Part shown: in pieces, positions 38,259-47,941 of the stretch | Layout: each line of letters starts with the position of its first letter | How positions within the stretch are numbered: the stretch's first letter is position 1 | Source of the DNA: Thermoplasmata archaeon | GTDB taxonomy: Archaea > Thermoplasmatota > Thermoplasmata > RBG-16-68-12 > JAGMCJ01 | Direction of reading: 5' to 3' | DNA length: 58,353 nucleotides | Assembly (NCBI GenBank): GCA_046761005.1 | Contig: JBHIFI010000004.1 | Location: 1 to 58,353 of the forward strand | Translations under genes and position numbers: made by a program | Notes under the pieces: model-generated | Told to the model about the DNA's origin: nothing | The model's database searches: none | The model's input: the letters and a program-made list of their open reading frames with translations, nothing else

Positions 38259-39080
38259 CTACATGAGTAAGGTATGGAGAAGAATTGCGCCCCCAATGAG
38301 GAAGCAGTAAACTGAGAAGTAGTGAAGCTTTGCCCTTGTCACTATGAACCAGAGGGCCTTGATGGAAAGATAGCCGAAGAGGAGAGAAGAGAGAAAAGCG
38401 AGCGCAAGAGGGAAGGGATCTGGAAAGGTCTGGCTGCTTATTACCTCAAGGAGTTCAAAGGTCGCTGCCCCCAGGATGGCTGGAACGGAAAGGAGAAAGG
38501 AGTAACGGGCAGCAAGCTGACGGTCAACTCCTCCCAGCATTCCTGTGGCGATTGTAAACCCAGACCTGGAAATACCTGGAATGAGCGAAATGCCTTGGGC
38601 TATGCCAACGGAAAGGGCATCTTGGGCATTCATGAATTCCTTCTTTCTCTTTGGCAGGAGGGTAAGTGTCAGAACGATTCCTGTTATTACCAGAGCCGCA
38701 CTGATGACGAAAAGATTGTCGAACAGTGGCTCGATAACATCACGAAAGGCAAACCCAATGATGGCAGTAGGAATGCTCCCAAGAACTATGAACCAGGCAA
38801 GAAGCGATGATCTTTCGGTCAGAAGGATGGTCTCGAAGCTCTTCCCTTCTTTCTTGAGTCTGAGGGTTCTAGCCAAAGATCGAAAGATGTCAACTATATC
38901 CCTTCTGAAGACCACTATGACAACGATAGCAGTGGCAATGTGAAGCACCAAATCGAAGAAGATTGGCACTTCGGACTCCAGAAGCTTTTGGAAAAGAACA
39001 AGATGTCCAGAGCTGCTTACAGGAAGCCACTCGGTTGTTCCCTGAACCAAGCCTAACAGGATGGCGTGAAAAGGTGTCAT
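38259..39080 (-). CDS. uppP: Undecaprenyl-diphosphate phosphatase family (UppP/BacA)
   Basis: VQGTTEWLPVSSSGH, PGISRSG.TI, ARYSFLLSVPAI. Confidence 0.95.
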   Translation of the reverse strand: MTPFHAILLGLVQGTTEWLPVSSSGHLVLFQKLLESEVPIFFDLVLHIATAIVVIVVFRRDIVDIFRSLARTLRLKKEGKSFETILLTERSSLLAWFIVLGSIPTAIIGFAFRDVIEPLFDNLFVISAALVITGIVLTLTLLPKRKKEFMNAQDALSVGIAQGISLIPGISRSGFTIATGMLGGVDRQLAARYSFLLSVPAILGAATFELLEVISSQTFPDPFPLALAFLSSLLFGYLSIKALWFIVTRAKLHYFSVYCFLIGGAILLHTLLM

Positions 39081-39236
39081 GGCTTTGGGCTTTGGAGAGG
39101 TTCCTCCGATTTATATGTTTCCCGCTGGTTTCCACCTCATATGGGATACATGTCAAATGCCTCTTCCCGTGAGATTGGCTTTGTTCGTAAAAGTTTGTAC
39201 CAAAAATTACTTATTCTCGCCGGTCCAAGTAATAAC

Positions 39237-39584
39237 ATGGAGGATGTGGGCAGATTTCCCCGAAAGCGAATCGGACGCGGCCAGGTGAGGATAAAGAAAT
39301 CCTCAATTTCACTAAAGGAATCCGCGTTCTTTGAGTATCGGTGGTACAGGATTCTTGAGGCACTTCACGAAAGTGATGAGGAAATGACCCTCGAAAGGCT
39401 TATTCAGAAACTCAAAAAGATGGGCGTGAATGCAAATGAGACACTTATCAAAGAGGACCTTTCAAGACTTGAGGAACAGGATTACGTGGAGAGCTATCAA
39501 GAAAGTCAGTTTCTCCCTGAAAAGAGGTTCAGGCTCAAACAGAGGGGCTTGGAGAAAGTCAAGAGGATACTCAGAAAGCTCTAG
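39237..39584 (+). CDS. Putative winged-helix DNA-binding protein
   Basis: RILEAL...MTLE.L...L......IKEDLSRLEEQDYVES......FRL...G wHTH pattern; start uncertain. Confidence 0.65.
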   Translation: MEDVGRFPRKRIGRGQVRIKKSSISLKESAFFEYRWYRILEALHESDEEMTLERLIQKLKKMGVNANETLIKEDLSRLEEQDYVESYQESQFLPEKRFRLKQRGLEKVKRILRKL

Positions 39585-39879
39585 GTCGGGCCTATTTTTG
39601 GTTCGAAAGCGGGATAGCTCACTGCAAGGTTCTCAGTCTCACTCCTCGATGCTTGTATTTTATTTCCCACCTCCTCAGGTCAGATCCAAATTCACCCTTA
39701 GAGCAGAGGAGAACAGGGGAAAGGTCCAGTAGCTGAAATGATTATCGAACTTGCGGGGAAAAATCGTGGCCTCAGCGTACGTGGACTAATGCTCGGGATT
39801 GAGACCCCGAATCATATAGTCTCACCATCTGAAAATTCAACGCAATCCTTAAATCTCCTTGTACCTTTGAAAATCCTCC

Positions 39880-41070
39880 TTGTCCATCATTCCTGATTAT
39901 GGTAATCCGGCTGACCCTGCTGTCAGGTCAAAATATGGTTTCCTGGAGTCCAAAGTCGGTCTGATTGGGAACTCCTCCCTAGTCATTTCCAAACTTATGA
40001 TTGGTCTTCTCATCTCTAGCATAGCTCTATTTGGAGATTCGATGAATCACCTGACGGATATTGGCATATCTCTCGTCATTTTCTTCGGGTTTAGGTTAGT
40101 CAGAAAAGAAGCTGACTTTGAACATCCCTATGGACATGCTAGAGCGGAGCAGATTCTATCCGTCGCAGTTGCCACACTTGTGATAGTTATGGGAGTAGCG
40201 ATTCTTATCGGCTCCGCCCAGAGCCTCGCGAATCCGACCATAGCTTCTCAGCCCATCATCTCCGTGTTCATTCTGTGCTTTGCTGGAGTCAAAGAACTGA
40301 TGGCACAGTTCGCATTTAGGATTGGAAAGAGGATAGAAAGTGGCGTACTCATAGCAGATGGATGGAATCATAGGTTTGATGCCGTCGTGTCCGTCATCAT
40401 AGCGGTTGGAATCTACCTGACGACGCTTGGTGAGTGGCTAAGAGTTATTGATCCCGCCCTTGGCATTCTCGTCGCCCTCCTCATCATGTACACCGGTATT
40501 AGACTCGTGAAGGAATCTGGCGATGAGCTTCTCGGAAAAGCGCCGCCCGCTGAGGTCGTCGAGAGAGTCGTTCAGATAGCGGAAGCCGTTGAAGGAGTCA
40601 AAGACGCTCACGAAATAAGAGTTCACGAGTATGGTACAAGAAAGGTGATTTCACTCCATATAGCAGTTGAGGAGGGTATCACAGCGAAGGATGCTCATGC
40701 GATAGCGACCGAAGTAGAGACTTCTATTCACGAGACCATCAAAGTCGAGCCCACCGTTCATGTGGAACCTGTTGGTGTAGTGAAAAGGATGGAAGATTTG
40801 GAAGGAATAGTTACTGAGACTATCCAGCACTATGATGAGATTCTGTCATCCCACAACATAAGAGTCAGGCCCCGCGCGGGGGGTGGCGAGATAGATATGC
40901 ACATAATAGTGGACGGAAACATGAGCGTGGAGGAGGTTCACGAGCTTGCCCACAATCTTATGGATGATGTCAGGTTGAAACTTGAGGGATTTGAGGTTAG
41001 CCTCCACGTGGAGCCTTGCAAGAAAGAATGCAGCACTTGCGAGGAAATCTGTTCGAAGGGCCTTAACTAG
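39880..41070 (+). CDS. Cation diffusion facilitator with duplicated cytoplasmic dimerisation domain and Cys-rich tail
   Basis: DSMNHLTD, HPYGHARAE, ADGWNHRFD, two H.I....H...HVEP modules, CKKECSTCEEIC. Confidence 0.92.
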   Translation: MSIIPDYGNPADPAVRSKYGFLESKVGLIGNSSLVISKLMIGLLISSIALFGDSMNHLTDIGISLVIFFGFRLVRKEADFEHPYGHARAEQILSVAVATLVIVMGVAILIGSAQSLANPTIASQPIISVFILCFAGVKELMAQFAFRIGKRIESGVLIADGWNHRFDAVVSVIIAVGIYLTTLGEWLRVIDPALGILVALLIMYTGIRLVKESGDELLGKAPPAEVVERVVQIAEAVEGVKDAHEIRVHEYGTRKVISLHIAVEEGITAKDAHAIATEVETSIHETIKVEPTVHVEPVGVVKRMEDLEGIVTETIQHYDEILSSHNIRVRPRAGGGEIDMHIIVDGNMSVEEVHELAHNLMDDVRLKLEGFEVSLHVEPCKKECSTCEEICSKGLN

Positions 41071-41208
41071 GTTTCATGGCTCGCCCGACGCCATACGAAG
41101 AAGTCTGCGTGGAGGGTTCTCATCGGAGAGAACTGCCATCATACTTGGCATGATGAAGTTTCGGAGGCGTCAAAAAAACAAAATAGGACGCGGAGTCTAC
41201 TCCATAGC

Positions 41209-41562
41209 ATGGATCCGAAAGAAGCTATCAGAGTCTACCAATTTGCTGAGAGACTAAAATCAGAATTGATAATAGCAAACAACCTGATTCAAGAGACATC
41301 CCTTATGAAAGATGAAGTCTCTGGGGGAAAGAGGATTCTGCTCGCTTATATGAATGCGGTCCTCGGGGAGGCGAATCTGGCTGTCAACGCTGCTCAGTCA
41401 CCTCTCTTTGAGAGTATCGCCCAGAAGATTGGTTTGGCCGTTGAGAAAATAGGCCATTCCGATTTTTCAGACGCTTCAAAGGTGACAACAGAGGCTCTCA
41501 CCTTTTCTACGAGTGCGGCGGGAAAGGCAGCTCAGATCCTGAATGAAAACGATTTGTTCTGA
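41209..41562 (+). CDS. Hypothetical helical protein
   Basis: 117-aa ORF with GGAG upstream and typical composition. Confidence 0.7.
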   Translation: MDPKEAIRVYQFAERLKSELIIANNLIQETSLMKDEVSGGKRILLAYMNAVLGEANLAVNAAQSPLFESIAQKIGLAVEKIGHSDFSDASKVTTEALTFSTSAAGKAAQILNENDLF

Positions 41563-41649
41563 GAACTGTGTTCCTTAAAGAACACGACTCCAGCGTTTGC
41601 AAGAACTCTTTAGAACGGACGAAAGTATTGGCTCTGGAAGTTGACTTGC

Positions 41650-41982
41650 ATGAGACTCGCTTGCTCAAATTGCAGAGAGGTTTTCGACGACAGGAAGGAA
41701 GATTGTCCGAACTGCGGCGAAATGCATCAGGTGGCCACCCTCAAAGAGAGAATATTGCCAAAAGAGTCCGAGGAGGTTGCAAAGGAAATCGATGCATGCG
41801 GTTTGGGAGAGCTGGTTGGTCCCAGTGATTCCATCTTCATTAAGGTCGCACCGGGGAGGATGGTAGATGTCAGAGTGGTCCAGTCGAAGACTGCGTTTGT
41901 GCCTTCGGCGTGTCACCAAAGTGCGGATTTCTTATGGTGTGTCATGTCCTCCAAGCGACTGTCAAAAGAGAGGAGGACCTGA
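41650..41982 (+). CDS. Hypothetical zinc-ribbon protein
   Basis: CSNC-x10-CPNCG at the N-terminus. Confidence 0.65.
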   Translation: MRLACSNCREVFDDRKEDCPNCGEMHQVATLKERILPKESEEVAKEIDACGLGELVGPSDSIFIKVAPGRMVDVRVVQSKTAFVPSACHQSADFLWCVMSSKRLSKERRT

Positions 41983-41995
41983 ACCAAATTCATGA

Positions 41996-42070
41996 TGCTC
42001 CCGCCGGGATTTGAACCCGGGTGTCGGGCTCGAAAGGCCCGAATGATTGGCCGGACTACACTACGGGAGC
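41996..42070 (-). tRNA. tRNA-Glu(TTC)
   Basis: GCTCCCG/CGGGAGC acceptor, CGGGC-CTTTCGA-GCCCG anticodon arm, GGTTCAAATCC; upstream TATATAAAAA. Confidence 0.97.
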
Positions 42071-42119
42071 ATCGAGTGTCCAACAGGACCTTTTTATATA
42101 TCACTTTCTGGCGGACCGT

Positions 42120-42815
42120 TCAAAACTCGCGAGTCATCTCCCTTGCCAGGAGCTGATAGTCCCTTGAGTTCATCGCCGAAGGATTCACAGGGACGAGAAG
42201 AATTCCCTCGTTGAGAGTGACATACTCGTTCACCTTTTGGAGGAACTTGAGTGTGGCATCAAAGCTATTCTGAGTGATGAGATATTCAATTCCTTCGAGA
42301 AGCACAGGGCTACCTTTCTTCTCATTTAGGAATCTCGTTATGCTTGAGAGAATGCCAACGAGGTTTGTCGGAGAAAGGTATGCAAACGTTTCCTCCCTTT
42401 TCTCTGCCTTCGTTAGCCAAATCAGCTCTGCGCCCTCAGTCGGAAACTTTCTCTGGATCGTGCCTGGATGTATCCTCGTGATTCCCAAGCCCATTCCGAT
42501 ATCCTTGACGAGTGATGAGAATACCTCCAAACTTCTTTCAGGTCTCGCCTCACGAATGAGGTACCCTCCGCCCTTCCTCAACTCTTTGATTTCAGCATGC
42601 TCCTCAGTCTCAGGCTTCTCGAAGGTCAAGGACTCGATGTCTCTAGACTTGCTCTCAACTCTCTGATGTATGGTGGCCTTTCTGCTCTTTGCCATTATCC
42701 TGAATTCTGACATCGTGTACCCTTTAGTAGTGAGCTTTATGACATCATCCCACGCCTCGTTCATACCGTCCTCATATCCTTTGAGATATGCTTTCTTAGA
42801 ACTCTTCCTTGCCAT
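42120..42815 (-). CDS. DUF835 domain protein with short helical N-terminal domain
   Basis: GYLIRE..P, GLGITR.HP, IWLT, SPTNL, VLLEGIEYLI..NSF, L.REM. Confidence 0.88.
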   Translation of the reverse strand: MARKSSKKAYLKGYEDGMNEAWDDVIKLTTKGYTMSEFRIMAKSRKATIHQRVESKSRDIESLTFEKPETEEHAEIKELRKGGGYLIREARPERSLEVFSSLVKDIGMGLGITRIHPGTIQRKFPTEGAELIWLTKAEKREETFAYLSPTNLVGILSSITRFLNEKKGSPVLLEGIEYLITQNSFDATLKFLQKVNEYVTLNEGILLVPVNPSAMNSRDYQLLAREMTREF

Positions 42816-42859
42816 CCTCGATTGGATAAGCATGTTGCGAATAATGAACTTTGTGGGGA

Positions 42860-43615
42860 TTAACCGAAGTAGCCGAGGTCCTCCTTCCTCTCTACCTCTT
42901 CCTCCACCTCTTTGAGCTTGGAGGCGATCTGATCGATGTGTTTCGCTCTCTGCTCGAGGTTGCTGAAATCCAAATCTATTTCGAGAATCTTCTGCAATAC
43001 CTCCAGTACTGATTGAGCGCTCTTGGGATCTACAAAATATCCAGATGTCTCCCCCATCAGGCAGACGCATTCCAAGCCGTGAAGCTTTCCTAGACCAAGA
43101 AGAAGACCGCTTGCCCCTACTATTCCTGCACCGGGTTCACCCTTCGGAAAGACGACACCTAGCTTCTTCATATCTGCAACGAGGAAGTTGTGTGTGGCGG
43201 CTCCAATCACTCTAGGTTTGGCCACCATTCTTCCCACACCGTACCCACCGAGGGTGAATATCCTCTTCACCTTCATCTCCAAAAGAACGTTCATCACAAA
43301 ATCAGAGAGATCATACTGACCCTCAGGTGTCAGTCCTTGAAAATCGCCAACGAGTATAATGAGGTCTTCACGTTCAGCATCTCTCTCCACGTAGTGGAGC
43401 TGGTTCCCCACCAATCGTATGATTCCCCCATCCTCGACGACCACCTGCGGAGGAAAGTGCTTTGAGTATATATCTGCAAACTTCTTAGCATGGAGCTCGA
43501 AAAGAAGATGCTCAGCGGCTAGCTTCCCCACATTCCCCACACCCGGCAGACCCTCGATGAATATGGGATTCTTCAGCTCGGGCCTTTCCAGATATTCAAT
43601 CCTTATCTGTTCCAT
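42860..43615 (-). CDS. Proteasome assembly chaperone PAC2 family protein
   Basis: IEGLPGVGNVGKLAA, FPPQV, TLGGY, IVGASGLLLG, CLMGETSGY.VDP; conserved position after nop10. Confidence 0.93.
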   Translation of the reverse strand: MEQIRIEYLERPELKNPIFIEGLPGVGNVGKLAAEHLLFELHAKKFADIYSKHFPPQVVVEDGGIIRLVGNQLHYVERDAEREDLIILVGDFQGLTPEGQYDLSDFVMNVLLEMKVKRIFTLGGYGVGRMVAKPRVIGAATHNFLVADMKKLGVVFPKGEPGAGIVGASGLLLGLGKLHGLECVCLMGETSGYFVDPKSAQSVLEVLQKILEIDLDFSNLEQRAKHIDQIASKLKEVEEEVERKEDLGYFG

Positions 43616-43778
43616 TTCCACACCTCTGTGATTTGAGTTGTCTTCTGAATCTGCCATATCTGTCCTCTGGAGAGAATCTAGCCGGTAGGGCCATACCCGT
43701 CGGGGACCCGCATTTTGGACACTTTTCCCCAAGAGTGTAGATATTGCATTCTCTGCACTTTCTGATAAGCGTGCGCAT
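43596..43778 (-). CDS. nop10: H/ACA RNP protein Nop10
   Basis: KC..C..YTL...CPKCG....PARFSPEDRYG. Confidence 0.96.
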   Translation of the reverse strand: MRTLIRKCRECNIYTLGEKCPKCGSPTGMALPARFSPEDRYGRFRRQLKSQRCGNGTDKD

Positions 43779-43780
43779 AC

Positions 43781-44560
43781 TTACGCCTTTCTACTGAATT
43801 TTGCCTCTCCGCCAGCCGAGACTATGTAGCGGACGACCTTGTCCACCGTCTTGTTCATCTCCTCCTCTGCGGTCTTGTAATCAGGAGCTTTCACGACTAG
43901 CCTATATCTTGGAGCACCCACGTATTGAATGGAAATCTCTGCCTTCTTGTTCTTTTCCGCCTTGCCCAGGGCTTCACGTATGTGGACAATACCATCGGAA
44001 AGAGGACAGCTGATCTCAAAGAAGCCATCTATGTTCACAAGCGGAGGTTGAATGTTTTCCTTGGCCACCTCGACAAAGGCCCTCACCCAGTTTCCCTTGA
44101 ATCCCTCCTCCTTAAGAGATTTCTCATCGAAGACAACTTCTTCGAAGGCACCATAAAGGCTGCCAAATTTCTCGATGAGGTCGCCTGCGTGCTTTTCCCC
44201 TAGGGTTTTCACATCCATTCCACTACGCTCCGCCACAAGCTCCAATAGCTTGTAAGCCTTCTGCTCATTCTTCCATTGCTGTATCTTCTCCCTCTTCTGG
44301 TGTTCATTTACCTGCTTCAAGGAAAGATCGATGTGACCCTTGGAAGGGTCGACCCTGAGAACCTTGCAGACGACCTTTTGACCCTCACGAATGAAGTCTC
44401 TTATGTACTTAATCCAGCCAGTGGCGACCTCAGCGATGTGAATAAAACCCTCCCTATCCTCGTACTCATCCAAGGAAACGAATGCGCCGAAGTTCTTCAC
44501 ATTCTTTACAGTGCAAACAACGAGTTCACCCTCTTCAGGAAACTCGCATAGTCCTGCCAT
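43781..44560 (-). CDS. eif2a: Translation initiation factor 2 alpha subunit
   Basis: PEEGELVVCTV, GAFVSLDEY, GFIHIAEVATGW, HIDLSLK, YVGAPRYR. Confidence 0.97.
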   Translation of the reverse strand: MAGLCEFPEEGELVVCTVKNVKNFGAFVSLDEYEDREGFIHIAEVATGWIKYIRDFIREGQKVVCKVLRVDPSKGHIDLSLKQVNEHQKREKIQQWKNEQKAYKLLELVAERSGMDVKTLGEKHAGDLIEKFGSLYGAFEEVVFDEKSLKEEGFKGNWVRAFVEVAKENIQPPLVNIDGFFEISCPLSDGIVHIREALGKAEKNKKAEISIQYVGAPRYRLVVKAPDYKTAEEEMNKTVDKVVRYIVSAGGEAKFSRKA

Positions 44561-44745
44561 CACTCCACGACCTTCACTATTCCTCCCTTTACCTTCGCCT
44601 TCCCTCCCTTGGGATGCACAACAGTAGCACCGCAAACGAGACAGGTAACGACAGTTGATGCATGATCGAAAACGATTTGCTCGTTCCCGCAATCTAAACA
44701 GCGGACTTGGAGAAAATGGCTTTTCGGCTTCGGCAAATCGACCAT
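44560..44745 (-). CDS. rps27e: 30S ribosomal protein S27e
   Basis: PKSHFLQVRCLDCGNEQIVF..A...V.C.VCG....P.GGKA. Confidence 0.97.
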   Translation of the reverse strand: MVDLPKPKSHFLQVRCLDCGNEQIVFDHASTVVTCLVCGATVVHPKGGKAKVKGGIVKVVE

Positions 44746-44746
44746 C

Positions 44747-45025
44747 TCAGTCCTCCAGCTCAAACTTCTTCACCCTAAAGCATCTCCGGTGATGTGCCTT
44801 ACCGCACTCCTTACAACGGTAGCGAATATAGACGCGTCTGGTTGGCTTCTCCCTTCCTTCGTACTTGGCTCTCGGAAATCCTCCGTAGCCTGCCACGATT
44901 CGCCTGAATCTTCTCTGGCCTTTCTTGAACTCGCTCCTAGGTCTGGTCTTGACCTTCTCTATCTCGAGAGCGGTATGCATGTTGCAGGAAGGACAGAATC
45001 CTCTTATTGTGCGGGGCATTTTCAT
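44747..45025 (-). CDS. rpl44e: 50S ribosomal protein L44e
   Basis: MKMPR....CPSC..HT, GQRRFRR...GYGGFPR, KPT, C.ECGKAH. Confidence 0.97.
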   Translation of the reverse strand: MKMPRTIRGFCPSCNMHTALEIEKVKTRPRSEFKKGQRRFRRIVAGYGGFPRAKYEGREKPTRRVYIRYRCKECGKAHHRRCFRVKKFELED

Positions 45026-45206
45026 CCTTCTGACCTCGTGAAACGTGCTATACACCAAACTTATATTTAGGATTTGGGCTAGTCGTGTTTGACTGGATTG
45101 ACACTACGATTCACCTGATGTAGGAGATTGCGGGTCTCCACTGAGAGAGAGTAAAAGGCCCGCGTTTTTGATGACCCGAGCGTGCGAATTGGTATGGTCA
45201 AGTAGA

Positions 45207-45245
45207 ATGGCAAAAATTATATATTCGCAATATAATAATTGCCAT
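45207..45245. promoter_or_regulatory. Nested palindrome over the promoter of the wHTH regulator
   Basis: ATGGCAA...TATATT-CGC-AATATA...TTGCCAT enclosing AAAAATTATATA (BRE/TATA). Confidence 0.55.
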
Positions 45246-45257
45246 GGTGATTAATAA

Positions 45258-45626
45258 ATGCAGGGGGAGATGAGGCTGAGCCGGAGAGACGGTGAGATAA
45301 TCGAGAGGCTCATCTTCACGGGGATGTCCAAGAATCTGGCCAAGACTCTTGTTTTTCTGTCAAAAAGGGATGAAACGACCTCCGTTCAAATAGAGAAAGC
45401 AACCGGACTCAGGCAACCCGAGGTCTCTCTCGCCATGCAGGAGCTGCGTCGAAGAGGATGGGTTACCAAGAGAGACATTAAAAAGGAGGGAAAGGGAAGG
45501 CCAGTTCACGCCTACCGCCTCTCTAGCCCATTCAGCAAAATCATCGCTACAATCAAGAAAGAGGAAGACAAGAAAATCGAGAGAATAGTAAAGAACATGA
45601 ATGAACTGCACTCTCTACTGAAATAG
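45258..45626 (+). CDS. Archaeal ArsR/TrmB-like wHTH transcriptional regulator
   Basis: AKTLVFL...E.TS..IE..TGLRQPEVS.AMQEL..RGWV....K.GKGRP...Y.L. Confidence 0.88.
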   Translation: MQGEMRLSRRDGEIIERLIFTGMSKNLAKTLVFLSKRDETTSVQIEKATGLRQPEVSLAMQELRRRGWVTKRDIKKEGKGRPVHAYRLSSPFSKIIATIKKEEDKKIERIVKNMNELHSLLK

Positions 45627-46298
45627 CTAGCGCATTTTTTCCACACCCTGCTCGGTTCCCACTAGAACGAGGTTGGCGAGCTTCAAGAAGAGGCCATTCT
45701 CCACAACACCTGGGATGTTGTTCAACTTCCTTTCCAGCCTCTTGGGAGATGCTATCTCCTCGAACTTGGAATCAAGTATGTAGTTTCCATTGTCCGAAAC
45801 GAAGGGTATCTTCTTGCTTCTTCTGAGCCCCACCTGTGCTCCCATCTTCTCAATCTTCTTCATCACCGCACCCCATCCAAATGGAAGAACTTCAACAGGA
45901 ACAGGTGACTTCGACCCTAGCTTCGACACTTGCTTGGACTGATCGATAACGATTATCAGTCTTCTCGAAACGCTGGCGACGATCTTCTCTCGCACGAGGG
46001 CACCACCCATCCCCTTTATGAGATTCAACTTTGGATCGACCTCATCAGCCCCGTCTATTGAAATATCCACTCTTGGATGTTCATTCAGATTAGAAAGGGG
46101 AATCTTGCATTGTCTTGCGAGATTCTCCGTTCCTATGGACGTCGGTATCCCTATGATCCTGAGCCCTCTATCCACCATCCTCCCCAATTTCTTTATGGTA
46201 TAGTGTACAGTGCTGCCTGTCCCGAGACCAACTACCATTCCATCCTTCACAAAATCGCAAGCGGCCTCTCCCGAAAGTCGCTTCAGCCTCTTCATCAT
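45627..46298 (-). CDS. rpiA: Ribose-5-phosphate isomerase A
   Basis: GLGTGST, DGADEVD, IKGMGGA..REK, PVEV, SDNGN, IPGVVENGLF. Confidence 0.97.
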   Translation of the reverse strand: MMKRLKRLSGEAACDFVKDGMVVGLGTGSTVHYTIKKLGRMVDRGLRIIGIPTSIGTENLARQCKIPLSNLNEHPRVDISIDGADEVDPKLNLIKGMGGALVREKIVASVSRRLIIVIDQSKQVSKLGSKSPVPVEVLPFGWGAVMKKIEKMGAQVGLRRSKKIPFVSDNGNYILDSKFEEIASPKRLERKLNNIPGVVENGLFLKLANLVLVGTEQGVEKMR

Positions 46299-46996
46299 AA
46301 ATCCCTCATCTCATCAATCATCCGACAAAGCTCGTCGATGACAAAGTCATTGTATTCCCTCCCTTTATCCGCAGTGGCTTTGGAGGAGTCCCCGCTCACA
46401 CCCTCCTTCCAATATTTCTCGGGATACCTCACGACCATGTATGGAGGAATCCTGCTTTCGCCCTTTGGCCTCTCGGGCTTAACCAGATCAGGACGAATTG
46501 CAAGGACACGAGAGGTCTCCAGAAGTCCGGAATGCCCATTCCCCTCTTCCACCTTGTTGGAGCGGCACAGAATCTCATAATCCGAGACAACCATCACATT
46601 GACATCCCTCTCGTCCACAAGCTTCTTTGCGGCCAGCCGGAGGGCAGCCATGTGAAGGCTTCCCGCATGACCCGAGAGGAGAACAATATTGCTGAATCCG
46701 TTTCTGGCCAGTTCGCACATCACATCATAGGCGAGAGATCTCACTGTGTCAAAACTTATGGATATTGTACCTGGGAAATTCCTGGTGGAGGAGCAGTTTG
46801 CATATTTTATGGGGGGAGCGATGAAAGCTCCCGTTCTCTTCCCGACTTCTGAGGCAACATACTCTGGTTGGATGGAATCCGTGCATAGGGGTAGATGCGG
46901 ACCATGTTCCTCAACAGCCCCGATGGGAACTATGACCACTGGATTCTCTTTCACTCTCTCTCCAAACTCCTTCGAAGTCATTTCATCGAGAAGCAT
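46295..46996 (-). CDS. Creatininase/amidohydrolase family protein
   Basis: PIGAVEEHGPHLPL.TD, FPGTIS, SGHAG, GHSG..ETS, GVSGD...AT..KG. Confidence 0.92.
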   Translation of the reverse strand: MLLDEMTSKEFGERVKENPVVIVPIGAVEEHGPHLPLCTDSIQPEYVASEVGKRTGAFIAPPIKYANCSSTRNFPGTISISFDTVRSLAYDVMCELARNGFSNIVLLSGHAGSLHMAALRLAAKKLVDERDVNVMVVSDYEILCRSNKVEEGNGHSGLLETSRVLAIRPDLVKPERPKGESRIPPYMVVRYPEKYWKEGVSGDSSKATADKGREYNDFVIDELCRMIDEMRDL

Positions 46997-47233
46997 TATT
47001 CTCCTTTAGGCTAATCGCGAGAACCCAAAAAAAGCTTGGGGTGAGTAACAACGGGACCTCGCTCATTCACTTGAGAAGATTAGGACATGAACCTGAAACG
47101 AAGTGGGCATGAGCATCTCTTTGTAGAGGTACGATGTGGAACTGAGAGCCATAAGAGTCATATGAGAGTATGTGATGATGTGGGATGTCATAGTGATCTC
47201 ATGATTAAGAAACGAATCTACATGTGATGTCGA

Positions 47234-47908
47234 ATGAGGGTTGCTTCGCTGTTCTCAGGCGGGAAGGACTCAACCTATGCCCTCTTCCTAGCCCAGCAAA
47301 TGGGATGGAGCGTGAAGGCACTAGTAACGATAGTTCCAGAAAGAGACTCGATGATGTTCCACTTTCCGAATATAGAACTCACTGAGCTTCACTCAGCTGC
47401 TCTGGGCATTCCTCTGGTCTCAAGAAAAACGGAATCAAGGGAGGAGCTCGATGTTCTGGAAGAGGTTCTCAACCATTTGGATATCGAAGGTCTTGTGGTA
47501 GGTGCTATCGCATCTGACTACCAGCACACTAGAATAAACGAGATATGCCACAGGATTGGTTTGAGGACATTCGCTCCTATTTGGAGAAAGTCTCAGGAGG
47601 TCGTTCTTCGCGATGAAATCGATGCTGGGTTCGAAATCCTCGTGGTCGGAGTTTCTGCGGAGGGATTGACAGATGAATGGCTCGGAAAGAGGTTGGCGGG
47701 GAACAATCTCGAGAAGCTCATTGCTCTCAGCAAGGAGACACGTTTCAACGTGTCCGGAGAAGGGGGGGAATACGAAACTCTGGTTCTTGACGGACCTAAT
47801 TTCCGAAAAAGAATACAGATAATGGCTGCCACCCCTGAGTGGGATGGAAAAAGTGGCATGTATGTTGTGCATAAAGCGTCCCTTAGGAAAAAAACCAATC
47901 TTATTTAG
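47234..47908 (+). CDS. PP-loop ATPase, diphthine--ammonia ligase (Dph6) family
   Basis: SGGKDS, SMMFH, GAIASDYQ..R, PIW, GEGGEYET.V.DGP.F. Confidence 0.88.
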   Translation: MRVASLFSGGKDSTYALFLAQQMGWSVKALVTIVPERDSMMFHFPNIELTELHSAALGIPLVSRKTESREELDVLEEVLNHLDIEGLVVGAIASDYQHTRINEICHRIGLRTFAPIWRKSQEVVLRDEIDAGFEILVVGVSAEGLTDEWLGKRLAGNNLEKLIALSKETRFNVSGEGGEYETLVLDGPNFRKRIQIMAATPEWDGKSGMYVVHKASLRKKTNLI

Positions 47909-47941
47909 GTGGGTGTCAATACCCTCCACAGGGCCATACAA

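Noticed and set aside
39585-39879. 295-bp intergenic gap with a strong minus-strand GGAGGTG
   Set aside because: No usable start or ORF follows it, and no convincing long stem was found.
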